This document shows positions 26,063 to 38,595 of a stretch of DNA of 64,000 nt, in pieces. The notes beneath the pieces were generated by a model, which saw only the letters and a program-made list of their open reading frames with translations, did not search any database and was not told where the DNA came from. Source of the stretch: Octopus sinensis (lineage: Eukaryota); contig NC_043004.1 of the NCBI RefSeq assembly GCF_006345805.1, forward strand, positions 92,876,001 through 92,940,000, written 5' to 3'. The translations under genes were made by a program, and so were the position numbers. The stretch's first letter is position 1. Each line of letters starts with the position of its first letter.

Positions 26063-27465
26063 TAACCAATTATTTTCAAGTTGTGGATTCTATTTGCCAT
26101 GTCGCCTGAAGACAGTTTTTATCATGGGGAGAAATAATATGAGTGATATAATGGCTTTATAGTGGTCTCTCATGATATTCCCATCAGTGTACAACTGTGC
26201 TAATAGTGCTCACAACAAATTACAGAGTGGCAGCACTAAGCAGTGATATGTATAAATACAAGGTTTTGTATCTATAATACATTGCTTGCTTGCTTGCTTG
26301 CAATGTTACACAACCAAACTGGCACTAATGGGAAAATACTTTGAAAGTAAAGTTCCCCTGAAATCTGAATACAAACAGAATAAAACAAGTTTCACATAAA
26401 TCAGACAAGTAGCTGAAATATTCAGGGTTTTGGGGTATGAATGCCCAAAACGGTGCATAACAGGAAAATACTCCAAAAATATCTTAACCCTGAAAGAGAA
26501 GAAACTCTAACCTTTCCATTAGACACATTAGGATGTGCAAAATATTTTTTCAGCGAAACTGATTTTTAAAAATACAATAAATATTTTGTAAAAGACAAGT
26601 TTGTAATCTCAGCGTGAAAAAGTTTTTTTCCATAGGTTTCTTTTGAGTGCATTCAACATATCTCGCCTCCAAAGATTTGGCTGCTATTTCTAACACGCCC
26701 TGCCACAATGTAACAGCTATTTGCGATAAAGGACCCGAAATACCTGTTACGTGCAAGAAATAGCAGTCAAATCTTCCCTTTACTAGGAAAAGGAGCAGTT
26801 TACGCATGATTTTGATGTCACATTCATTAAAAGCATGCAAAATAACATGGAAAAGAAAAAAAACCCAAAGAACAAAAGTCCATTGCTGGGAAACTCAGAC
26901 TTCCCCAGTGACCCAATAGGTCATGAGTAGTCTAGTCTAGTGTGTGTGTATACATATATATATATGAGAAAATTGATAGTTTTGTTAACCTCAATATTTC
27001 ACAGGTACTTGATTTATAAACCCCAAAAGAATGAAAGTTGGCTATAACAGTGATGCTCCAGCATGGCCACAGTCAAATATCTGAAACAAATAAAAGAATA
27101 AAAGAACAGCAGGATTTGAACTGAGGACAAAGAATGGATTTAAGTAATTGCTGTTAGGATTTAATCCAATGTTGCACCAATTCTAATAACTTGAAATTTT
27201 GGCATGAACAATTATCATCATTTTTACATCAACCTTTCCATGCTGACATGGTTCAGACAGAATTCTGTTTAGATAGATTTTCTTACAACCCGATGCCTTT
27301 CCTGTCACCAACCTTCACCTACTTCCAAGGTAATATTTCCCTGTAATCAGACATGTTTTCACAGAGGATCTGGAACAAAGCACATCACTTGCATGACAGT
27401 GATATTCATTCACAGCAATCATTGGATGTTGAGGCAAAAACAAAGTGGATGGAAACACTCCATCG

Positions 27466-27834
27466 GTTACGACGATGAGGGTTCCGGTTGATCCGAATCA
27501 ACGGAACAGCCTGCTCGTGAAATTAACGTGTAAGTGGCTGAGCACTCCACAGACACGTGCACCCTTAACGTAGTTCTCAGGGATATTCAGCGTGACACAG
27601 AGAGTGACAAGGCCGGCCCCTTGAAATACAGGTACAACAGAAACAGGAAGTAAGAGTGAGAGAAAGTTGTGGTGAAAGAGTACAGCAGGGATCACCACCA
27701 TCCCTTGCCGGAGCCTCGTGGAGCTTTTAGGTGTTTTCGCTCAATAAACACTCACAACGCCGGTCTGGGAATCGAAACCGCGATCCTATGACCGCGAGTC
27801 CGCTGCCCTAACCACTGGGCCATTGCGCCTCCAC
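27466..27834 (-). mobile_element. SINE family B variant (same head, different 3' body)
   Basis: First ~190 nt match the 23161/23636 copies; the 3' half is unrelated. Confidence 0.8.
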
Positions 27835-28508
27835 AAAAACAAAGTAACACACACAACTTTGGTGCTTTCAGTTTACATCTTCCAAATCCACTAACAAGGC
27901 TTTGGTCAACCTGGAGCTGTAATAAAAGCTATTTGCACAAGGAGCCATGCAGTGGGATTGAACCAAGAACCATGCAGTTGGGAAGCAAATGTCTTACCAC
28001 AGAGCCATACCTGTGCCTACAAGTGGTTGAAATCAACTCAGAAAGGTAAAGAGCAAACATTTTTGTCTAGTGTTTAACCAATTCAACAATCAGCTTTCCT
28101 ATCAATAATTTTTTAAATAAGCATCTTTTTGTGTGTGGTAAATTTATTTGCATCAAGTCATCAAAATGATACCTTGTGAAAAAAAAAAAATACCCAAAGG
28201 AAAGTAACAGAAAACAACCATATTTTTCCTACAAAAATTCCAAGGCAAGAACATAGTGCTAATCAGAGAATTTACTCGGTTGTATTCATTGACCTGATGG
28301 CACAGAGAGAGAGAGAAAAAAACCATCAGCACAAGTCCACAATATTTGCAGAGCAATCAATTTATTGATCCTAGTACTTAGTGTTTACTTTTGTCAATAT
28401 TGGGGAAAGACAAAAGGAAGTCAACTGAGTTAAAAAGTTGTGTGAAAAAGGGGACACAACCGAAAACCATCAAAGACATTTATTTCGTCAAATAGTTTCT
28501 GGGCATTT

Positions 28509-28890
28509 TACTCTCTTTTACTCTTTTACTTGTTTCAGTCATTTGACTGCGGCCATGCTGGAGCACCACCAGTAATCGAGCAACTCGACCCCGGGACTTA
28601 TTCTTTGTAAGCCCAGTACTTATTCTATCGGTCTCTTTTGCCGAACTGCTAAGTAACGGGGACATAAACACACCAGCATCGGTTGTCAAGCAATGCTAAG
28701 GGGACAAACACAGACACACAAACATACATGCCCAAAATATATATATATACATATATACGACGGGCTTCTTTCAGTTTCCGTCTACCAAATCCACTCACAA
28801 GGCTTTGGTCGGCCCGGAGCTATAGCAGAAGACACTTGCCCAAGGTGCCACGCAGTGGGACTGAACCCGGAACCATGTGGTTGGTAAGCA
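28509..28890 (-). mobile_element. SINE family A copy
   Basis: Near-consensus match lacking the extreme head. Confidence 0.85.
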
Positions 28891-29459
28891 TATTGATCAT
28901 TTTTGTATTTTCCCCAATGATGCAAAATAAAAGACAAAGAAAAGGGTTTTTTTATACAACTGAAACTAAATGTTTATTGAGCCAAAGGAAACAAAAAAAA
29001 AAAAGCAGTAAAATTTTGAACGAAAAGTAAAAAGAGAGAGAGAGAGTATTCATGTAAATGTTTTTGTTTTGACAAAGAATTTTCTCAAACTGCATCACTA
29101 GTACCATTCATTGCCAATATTTGGTTGTATTTTAAATAGAGAGTTTCCTAGCAAATGAATGACAGGACATTAGAATTTTAAAGTGTTCATATTGAAATTA
29201 AAGCTTCCCATCACATTTGTGTCCCAAACAACAGTTACAAAATGAAATGGAAAATTGTTTTACTAAATACCTCCAAATCCTTCTTGTCAGTGCTTAATTA
29301 CAAATATGGTCAAGCCCCAGCATGGCCACGGCCTTCAGGCTAAAACATTTTTAAGGATTTTTAAGGAAGGAGGGTTATTCCATTTACAGAATATTAACAG
29401 GCATGTTTAGACAACTCTAACCATTAGTAGATACTTTAACACAGACACGCATGTGTGTA

Positions 29460-29524
<65 letters not shown>

Positions 29525-30032
29525 ACACACACACACACACAAATACAGATCTATAAAACACATGCATTCTGCATGTAAAGTAGCTCAGTAGAGTATCAAG
29601 TCCACATTAACAGTGTCAGTAGTAATCTGCAATAAGCACCAAATAGAGATTATGGTCTAATTAAACTATATGACACTTAAGATATCACCTTACCTCAAGC
29701 TATCGTCAAGATTATCAAGCTATCATTAAGATATTAATCTATCCTTAATATACATCAAGCTATCCTCACATTATCAAGCAGTTATACTCATCAAAATATC
29801 TTACCACTATAGAAACAATATCCAAACGGTGTCAGCAAATATCTTATCACCTCATTTACTCAGAATATCAAATATCAGCAATGAAAGCAATAATATTAAT
29901 AATCCTTAATAGCAGTACTTGTCTTCTTTATGTTTTAGAGATTTTTCTTTGTTTTTTTGATGTGATAAAAGTTCATTTTGAAAATGTCTTATTTTTGGAT
30001 GTTTGTTGTTGTTTTTTTTGTTTTTCATTCAC

Positions 30033-30210
30033 TTATGTAGACATCTTCTCTTCATCAACTACCATGGCAACATCAGATGTCCCTGGTTTTGCTTGGTCAA
30101 TAGCTAGTGTGGCCGACTCGTTCCTATCTCCAACATGTACATGGTTAAACAGCCAGTCTTTAATCACTTGAGACATCAATCCATGGATAGCTTCAATGGT
30201 AGTTTTACAC
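30033..30210 (-). CDS. COPS5: CSN5 terminal coding exon 7 ([26 protein letters not shown]...EEKMST*)
   Basis: ORF track 30033-30257 contains [24 protein letters not shown] acceptor; TAA stop ends at 30033. The seven exons sum to 1089 nt, an intact frame. Confidence 0.95.
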
Positions 30211-30551
30211 CTGATAACATATAGATAGAGAGAGGAGTGATACAAGAGAGAAATCAAGAATTTATAGTGTAATGAGACAAAGACTTAAATATTAACAACA
30301 ATTGCTGCATTGTCTGACAGATGTTCCGATAGTATCAATCTCACCAGCCTTAGAGACTAAAGATCACAGCCAGTATTCCTTAAAACAAAAGTATAATTAA
30401 TAAGACATGAATTAACTATTAAAATCTTAATGATTAGGTTAATCTTACCAACACAATTTGATATTCATCATTATGAGCACAAATTTGAAACAGAAAAGAA
30501 TAGCAGGCTCACTAACAGGACTCCTTTTATTTCTCTATAATATGCCAGAAT

Positions 30552-30903
30552 CGAAATCTATCAAAATCGATCAATGGAAATTGCAGCTGAGTTACCAGTG
30601 CACGTAAGAGAACCATCCGAACGTGGCCGTTGCCAGCGCTGCCCCGACTGGCCTCGTGCCGGTGGCACGTAAAAAGCGCCATCCATTCGTGGCCGTTGCC
30701 AGCCTCGCCTGGCCCCCGTGCTGGTGACACGTAAAAAGCACCCACTACACTCATGGAGTGGTTGGCATTAGGAAGGGCATCCAGTTGTAGAAACACTGCC
30801 AGATCAGACTGGGCCTGGTGCACCCTTTTGGCTTCCCAGACCCCAGTTGAACTGTCCAAACCATGCTAGCATGGAAAGCGGACGCTAAACGATGATGATG
30901 ATG
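30552..30903 (+). mobile_element. Truncated RTE 3' UTR copy in the last COPS5 intron
   Basis: Family match with (ATG)n tail. Confidence 0.85.
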
Positions 30904-31497
30904 CCAGGGGACTACTTTACCAGTTTCCCTAAAGAGTGTTTGTGACTGTGTTCTCAAAGTAGGTATTATAAATTGTTACTGCCATTTTAACTGTGCTATT
31001 CTATCTTTAATGCTTGTCAGTCGTTGTCGACAATGGCAGGACCTCACACAGGAAAAGGAGACGGGTCAAAGAGCATCCAGCTGTGGCTGATCAGACTGAT
31101 GCATGTCAGATGGTTCTGCTGCAGGTCAGGCACCAGTCTGCTGGGAATGAAAGCAAGGGGTTGGCTCTGGACTTGCACAGCCCATGTTCTCTCTCTGCTC
31201 CTACAATCCTATTCTATTCATAGGAGGTGGCACTTCTGCTATGCCAGGCAGGGCAGTCCTGTGCCTGTATTTCTCTAGTAGATAATTAATCACTCAGTGA
31301 CTTAGTAGTAGCAGGATAGGTTATTCTACTAATATCCAAAACAATATTAATCAGAGAAGATTGAATGGCAGGCATTCTGTTATGTAATCATCTGGATAGT
31401 AGGCATAGTGCATAATTTGACATTACATGGAATATGATAAGTAAAATGTGACATACACTAGTACAATTAGTTGTTGAAAACGAACAGATTCTCTTAC

Positions 31498-31646
31498 CCA
31501 TCTTTAGTAGCTTTGGATAATTTGTCTTCTGATTTTTTCTCAAAGGCATCCATGCCAAGCATGAAACCACAGCGCCCCAGTTGTGCTTCAGACTGCTCAA
31601 GTTTTTCTGATAAATCAAAGATCTGGCCAGTTGTATATTCGGCATT
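31498..31646 (-). CDS. COPS5: CSN5 coding exon 6 ([50 protein letters not shown])
   Basis: Manual translation; CTTACAG acceptor, GTAAG donor, 149 nt. Confidence 0.97.
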
Positions 31647-32696
31647 CTGTAAGAAAACAATGCGAAAAAATCAGACAATACATTTCGTAAATATTGCTGA
31701 TGAGACAGAGTTTCATTTTTGTTCAATGATGCACAATGGTTTCAATGCCAGTGAAATACTAGTTGTGTGATAGATACAACACAGAATTGATAGAGCATTG
31801 AACAAAAACCTTGTCATGTTTGAAAAAAAAAAAAAAAAATAAGTACTAGCGTCAACATAAACAATTGTATGTTAGAAAGCAGTGCTACAGCATGACTGAA
31901 ACTAGTAAAAAAAAATGTTTATCTTCCTCTTTATCCTCATCATATTTTAGTCTCCATAAGAATTTATATAAAAAAGTTGTTTTTGAATTCAGAATGTAAA
32001 GGTACATAAATAAATACTGTAAGATATTATATCAACTTCACAACTCATTCTGATATATTACTACTACCATTGCAATCAGCACTGTAACAACAACTGCTTA
32101 GGATATTTTAATAATAGTAGCTTCTAAGATAATAATAATAATAAAACATTGTGTACAGTGCTCAGGTGCACTACAACTCATCTAAAGTGTATGTATAGTA
32201 CATAGGGTAATGTACAAGCGTCAGGAAAAGAACAGTGCATGAGTCTGCATAGTAATAAAAATAATCCTAGTTTTGGCACAAGGCCTGCAATTTGAGGGGA
32301 AGGTGTCAGTAGATTACAACAACTCCAACACTTGATAACACTGAAAGATGATAGGTAAAAAAGAGCTGGAAGAAATGTTGCAAAGTATTTTGTCCGATGC
32401 ACCAATGATTCTGCCAGTTCACTGCCTTAATGATAATTTCTGATGTAAGCACAAGCCCATAAACCTTCAAGAGGAGTACAGCCGATTACATTAACAGCAG
32501 TATTTGACTTATATTTACTTTTACCAATCCTGGAAGAATAAATCAGCAAGGTTGCAGGAAAGAGGGTTAAAACTCAGAAAATAAACAGATGCTACCTAAT
32601 ATCAAGATATTTCTTATCCTGCTCCACCATCGTAATAAAAATAGTAGTAAAGGGGAACAAATGAAGAGAAAAAGATTTTTAAAAAAAGTAACTTAC

Positions 32697-32894
32697 AGCC
32701 AGAAAACTTGATGAACTTAATGTATTGACCCAGTATTTGTTCCAGAGGGACTCCAATAACTTACGATCCAACGATGACTTGAAATAGGATACATCGAGAG
32801 AATAGTACTGCTTGCAGTGCACACCAAAATCTTCAATCTTGTTTAGTGGAATGGACTGATACTCAGATGGTCCCTCGTCTGCAGGTCGATAACC
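32697..32894 (-). CDS. COPS5: CSN5 coding exon 5 ([66 protein letters not shown])
   Basis: Manual translation; TTCACAG acceptor, GTAAGT donor, 198 nt. Confidence 0.97.
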
Positions 32895-34684
32895 CTGTGA
32901 AAAAAGATTGAGTTTTGTTTCAAATACTATTCATTTTATCACATTTCTGTCAAGTTTCAATATCAATCAAAACTTTTCACAGCCTCTACAAATGCTGGAC
33001 TGCATTATCTCCAGGTATTTTAATTTGTGATGTTGTTCTCATTTACCAGACCTATAATCAAAGGTATTCATTATGTATAATCATCTTATTTATGTGCTCT
33101 TCTTTTTTCAGACAGAAGCATGTGATCTGAAGGACATTTGGCAGTTATTTCTGGTAAGTTGAGGATCCAAAGAGAGGTTCTTTCATTGGTTCATTTATCT
33201 AATATTCTTTCTCTCTCCCTTTGTATATAAATATATAATCTTTTTGGCCATGAAAAATATTACCTTGTCTTCAAACAAATGAAGATAGGAAACAGGAAAG
33301 GCATCCAACCATAGAAAATCTGCCTCGTATGTGTGTGTGTGTTAAAGGGTATCATACAATTCATATGCAGGCCACCACTAGTTTCATGGTCTGAAAAGAA
33401 ATCCTACATTTGTCAGACCTAGTAAATAAAATTCCTAAACTACAAACTGAACATTTAATCATGCTAATTTCATCAATATACTCCAAGATCTTCCCCATTC
33501 AGAGAATCTAAGACAGACTTTAGGAACAAGTGCTTCTCAGTAACATCATGTACTTTCCTTCTTGCTTGCTTCCATTTTTCCATACTTATATAGAGTAAAA
33601 AGTTGACTTGTTTCCTAAAGTTGTGTGAGGTTCCTCTGCATCTCTTGCCTAACTACTCAGAAGTGGTATTTGTTTCAAGACTTAGTCACACAGAAAAGGA
33701 TATTATCGTTGACCTTTTGCAGGGCCTCCAAGACAGATGATGAAGCAGCACAACATATAGTAAAACAGGCGCGGGCATGGCTGTGTGGTTAGGGAGCTTG
33801 CTTCCTGGCTACATGGTTTCAGGTTCAGTCCCACTGCGTGGCACTTTGGGCAGGTGTCTTCTACTATAGCCCCGAGCCGACCGGAGCTTTGTGATTGAAT
33901 TCGGTAGGCGGAAGTTACTGCTGTGTGTGTATGTGTTCGTATAGCTGCTCAGTGGAAAGAAAGAGAGGGAAATGCAGCAAATTTTTTTATGATCGTTTCT
34001 TTTGTTATTCGTTTTCATTAGCTTCTTCATACATTATTGCTGCCATTCATCGCTAGATTTTTCTCATTAGACTTTCTTTTATACACAGTCATAGAGATTG
34101 GCTCACATATGCTTTGGTACAGTGAAGCAATAGGACCACTACACATAAACACAAAACTTACAGTGAAACCACATTTATCGAAACATGAGTACTTGATTCA
34201 ATGAACACAGTAGATCAATTTTCAACATCTTTATCACTGTTTTTAATGCCCACTTTTCCATGCCTGAGCTGAATTTGTTGAGGCAGATTTTCCTGCTGCT
34301 AACCATCTCCAATAACTAAACAAGTCTCAGAACACTGGAAACAAAGGACACCATTTGCATGATAGTGACACGTGCTTACGACTATCACACAAAGTTAAGG
34401 CAAGGAAACAGTAACACACACATATGACAGGCTCCTTTTCGGCTTCTTAACTACCATATCCACTCATAATACTTTAATTAACCTGGAACTATAAATGAAG
34501 AGACTAACCCAGTTTGCCATGCAGGGAGACTGAACTTGAAACCATGTTGTTGGAAAGCGGACTGCTTACCACACAGTCACACCTGTATCTATAAACATGA
34601 TATTGAAAAATACTACTGTGCTCTTCAAGGCTACACCATGTTCTTTGGCATTTGGTGACAATAATTTGTGAGATTTATTATGTC

Positions 34685-35120
34685 TGGCCCCCGTGTCAGT
34701 GGCACGTAAAAGCACCATCCGTTCGTGTCCGTTGCCAGCCTCGCCTGGCCCCCGTGCCGGTGACACGTAAAAGCACCTTCCATTCGTGGTCGTTTGCCAG
34801 CTCTGTCTAGCCCCCGTGTCGGTGGCATGTAAAAGCACCATCCATTCGTGTCCATTGCCAGCATCGCCTGGCCCCGTGCCGGTGACACGTAAAAGCACCA
34901 TCCGTTCGTGGCCGTTTGCCAGCTCTGTCTGGCACCTGTGCGGGTGGCACGTAAAAAGCACCCACTACACTCACGGAGTGGTTGGCATTAGGAAGGGCAT
35001 CCAGCCGTAGAAACACTGCCAGATCTGACTGGGCCTGACAAAGCCTTCCAGCTTCACAGACCCCAGTTGAACCATCCAACCCATGCTAGCATGGAAAGCG
35101 GACGCTAAATGATGATGATG
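34685..35120 (+). mobile_element. Truncated RTE 3' UTR copy with about 4 internal units
   Basis: Family match with (ATG)n tail. Confidence 0.88.
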
Positions 35121-35285
35121 ATTATCAATATATAAGACATTGTCATTCCTTTCCCTGTTAACTGAGGGTTTGTTGTGTATCAAACAAAATAGATATTTCA
35201 AGATAGTTACCAAAATCATGTCATACAAAACAAAAGAAGTCATTCACTTTACGGTAGAAATTCTGTATAAAGTCAAGCAACTTAC

Positions 35286-35351
35286 CTTTGGGTAGGTACG
35301 AAAAGCTCCCATATTCACCTTGCCAGCTGATATAGTTCTGACAGGATCAAC
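35286..35351 (-). CDS. COPS5: CSN5 coding exon 4 ([22 protein letters not shown])
   Basis: Manual translation; TTGTTAG acceptor, GTAAG donor, 66 nt, phase 0-0. Confidence 0.97.
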
Positions 35352-35809
35352 CTAACAAAAAAATCATACAGTGGAATGAGTGCTAAATAAATCTATTATT
35401 TCAATAACCAGAATAACTGTGATATCAGCATTAGTAGATATTTTAGTAACAGATAACACACTGTATATTGGTGATGGTTGTAGTAGTTGAAACCAAAGGC
35501 AGGCTTGAAGAAAAAGGTTTTCAACATAGATGGTACTACCCTTAAGGAAACACGGGGCATATTGGAGGGGGTAATGAGGCAATATACTTATCATGCTAAA
35601 TTTTACCTATAGTAGTAATTATATTATATAGAGGATTCAGAGTGGTGCTGCAATTTATGACTAAGCAATGAAATAAATTTGCAGTAAGTCTAAGAGAAAA
35701 CTTATGACGTCTTTTGACTTGATATAGAAAATTTAGCTAGATCACACAAGGCAGGGAGAAGTCATTAACTTGCAATGTATGAAGTAAATTTATATCTTTT
35801 GTCTTTATT

Positions 35810-36140
35810 ATCATCATCATCATCATCATCATTTAGCGTCCGTTTTCCATGCTAGCATGGGTTGGACGGTTCAACTGGGGTCTGTGAAGCTGGAAGGCTT
35901 CATCAGGCCCAGTCTGATCTGGCAGTGTTTCTACGGCTGGATGCCCTTCCTAACGCCAACCACTCATTGAGTGTAGTGGGTGCTTTTTACATGCCACCCG
36001 CACAGGTGCCAGACAGAGCTGGCAAACGGCCACGAACGGATGGTGCTTTTACGTGTCACCGGCACAGGGGCCAAGCGAGGCTGGCAATGGACACGAATGG
36101 ATGGTGCTTTTACGTGCCACCGACACGGGGGCCAGACAGC
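35810..36140 (-). mobile_element. Truncated RTE 3' UTR copy, inverted relative to 34685-35120
   Basis: Begins with (CAT)n; reverse complement of the family. Confidence 0.88.
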
Positions 36141-36224
36141 ATCGTTGAACATAGCTAGTCATAATTTCACTGTTAAAAGCTTATACAATCCGTTTGAGTA
36201 AAATTTATAAACTATCATACTTTA

Positions 36225-37464
36225 TGGAGTCTTGCAGATAAATTGTGACCAATTTTAAGCAGTTGACTTAGTGAGTTTAACATTTCATTTTTTGACAAAA
36301 CTTTGCTTGCTTGAAAATCTAATTCTCCTCTTTATTTTTCAGGTAAATAGCAAAAAGTCATGGAACAACTGAATCATTTCACCATTGTTGCTTTGGCATG
36401 CAATGGGCACACTGCCAATAAAATTGTTAAGATGATGAAACTTCCAAATGCAACAGTTTATTGTGTGTATAAACAATTTAAAGAAGAGGGAAAGACTGAT
36501 AGAAAAGAACACAAGACTTGAAGTGATTCCAACTGTAATCGAAAGTTTCTCGCTGGCTTCAAATGCTCAGTTGAAGCCGACCCATTCACATCTATGACAC
36601 CTCTTGCAAAGAAACACGTGTCACTTTCCACAGTGTCCAGAGCTGTGAACAGGAACCCTGGCATGACTTAGCTATGTTCGACGATGCTGTCACTTCCTAA
36701 CAGCCAAGGCCAAAGCATTCAGAGTCGAGAGATGATCAAAGCTTCTGTTATTCATCAAGCATCAAGGTGCAAGAAAAACATATGTTTGTGAATGAGAAGT
36801 TCACCTTGGACGATGAGGCAAATTAGAAATTCTTGAATCGCAGAAATTCTCAAGTGATTGCATACAACTTTTCTGACGTCCCTACTGTGTTTGAGACTAA
36901 GAATTCTACCTCTGTAATGGAAGTGTCATGAATCCACACTTCATTGAGTCTGGATTAAAGATTGGCACAAAGGAGTATCTGGACACTCTGAAGAACTCCC
37001 TATTATGGAGCAGAAGTTTGGGCTTGACAATGTGGTGCTTATCCAGGATTCTGCACCATGCCATGAGTCAAAAGCAACACAGGCCTTCCTTAGTGAGAAG
37101 GTGCCACTTTTTGAGAAGGCCAACATCTGGCCCAGTAATAGCCGAGATCTCAACCTTCTTGATTACTTTTTATAGGGCATACTTCAAGCATGGACCAGTG
37201 CCTCATCACACTTGAGTGTCAACAGCCTGAAGACTTGCATCATGCATGTGACATACAAAATCAAAAAGGCAGAGGTTGTGGCAGCTGCGAACAAAATTTC
37301 ATTCTCGTATGGAGGCAGGAATTGCCCAAAAGGGTGGTCATACTGAGTAATAAACATTTACATTGTAATAAATGTTACATTAAAATTATATCAAATATTA
37401 TTTTAGTATTTATAACCAGTTTTATGCATCGTAAGAATTGTTTCAATTTATCTGCAAGACCCTG
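36225..37464 (+). mobile_element. Degenerate Tc1/mariner-superfamily transposon in COPS5 intron 3
   Basis: Imperfect TIRs (..GTCTTGCAGATAAATTG) with TA flanks; frameshifted transposase remnants (QDSAPCH, WPSNSRDLNLLDY). Confidence 0.75.
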
Positions 37465-37514
37465 TACATAACATGCATCAAAGAACATCGAGAACAAAAA
37501 AGAAAGTGAATTTA

Positions 37515-37658
<144 letters not shown>

Positions 37659-38595
37659 CTAAATAGAAAACATTTCGAAAGGTAATCAGTTCATATTTGA
37701 CAGATTTATTAAGAAACCTTTACTGTAATGGAAAAGGGAAACAAATTTCTGAATTGAGGTTAGAATTTTGTTTCATCTCTGTGCTTCAGTGTAATTTTCA
37801 GTGAACAAATTCAGCAACTGTCTGCAGCTGCTATATTTTCCAACATACAAGACGAGTTTTTCAGACCAAAATCTGCAGCCAAAGAAAAAAAAAAAAAAGT
37901 GACCAAAAGTTCCACGTGAAATGCAGCAGGATTTGGTAAGAGAGTGATGATATTTGAACGTTTGCAATATATGTCAACTTATATGCTGCAAAATACAGTA
38001 CTCTCAAGTAAATGCAAAGTGTACATAACATGAATAGACTTAAGTCTTCATAGATGCTGAGGGTGGCACATTGAAAATGTTTTGGAATCATCATTGTTAC
38101 ACCATGCTTTAGCATCCATTATGGTAACCTGGAAGCGTTAAAGCCAAGGTATTTAAGAGAATCATATTCAAAATCTCAATCTATAAGATAAGGTGATGAC
38201 TAATCAAACTCCAAAGTAAACCAATACATTTCTGTTTATAAACAGTAAACAATAAGGAAATATAAGAGGTAAAAACTCATCTGAAAGAAACACTAAATAT
38301 TATCAAAATTATAAATGCAAACAAATAATGAACCACACACTAGTCCCCTAGTGAATAAGGAAGTTATTACTCTTAGTTTAGAAACAAAGGTACTTATTCG
38401 GAAGTTAGTCAAGAACTTTGTACACCTTTATAAAAAAGACACCTCATGATAGAAATATTATTATTTCTAAGTCTCTCTAAAGGACACTACGGCAGTGGTA
38501 CTGGATATTAATAGTTATTACCAAGCTAATATGGCAGTCCAAAAATATAGGACGAATGCTGCCGTTGATTAGCTCCAAGAGGCCATTGCTCCTAG

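Larger units (their letters stand above)
23950..26110. mobile_element. Two opposed Penelope-like 3' ends (- at ~23950-24400; + at ~25500-26110)
   Basis: 23955-24200 and 25500-25770 are diverged inverted copies. The minus strand at 24130-24350 reads like a GIY-YIG C-terminus (PYIKGSGCCKIC). Hammerhead cores are present. Confidence 0.6.
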
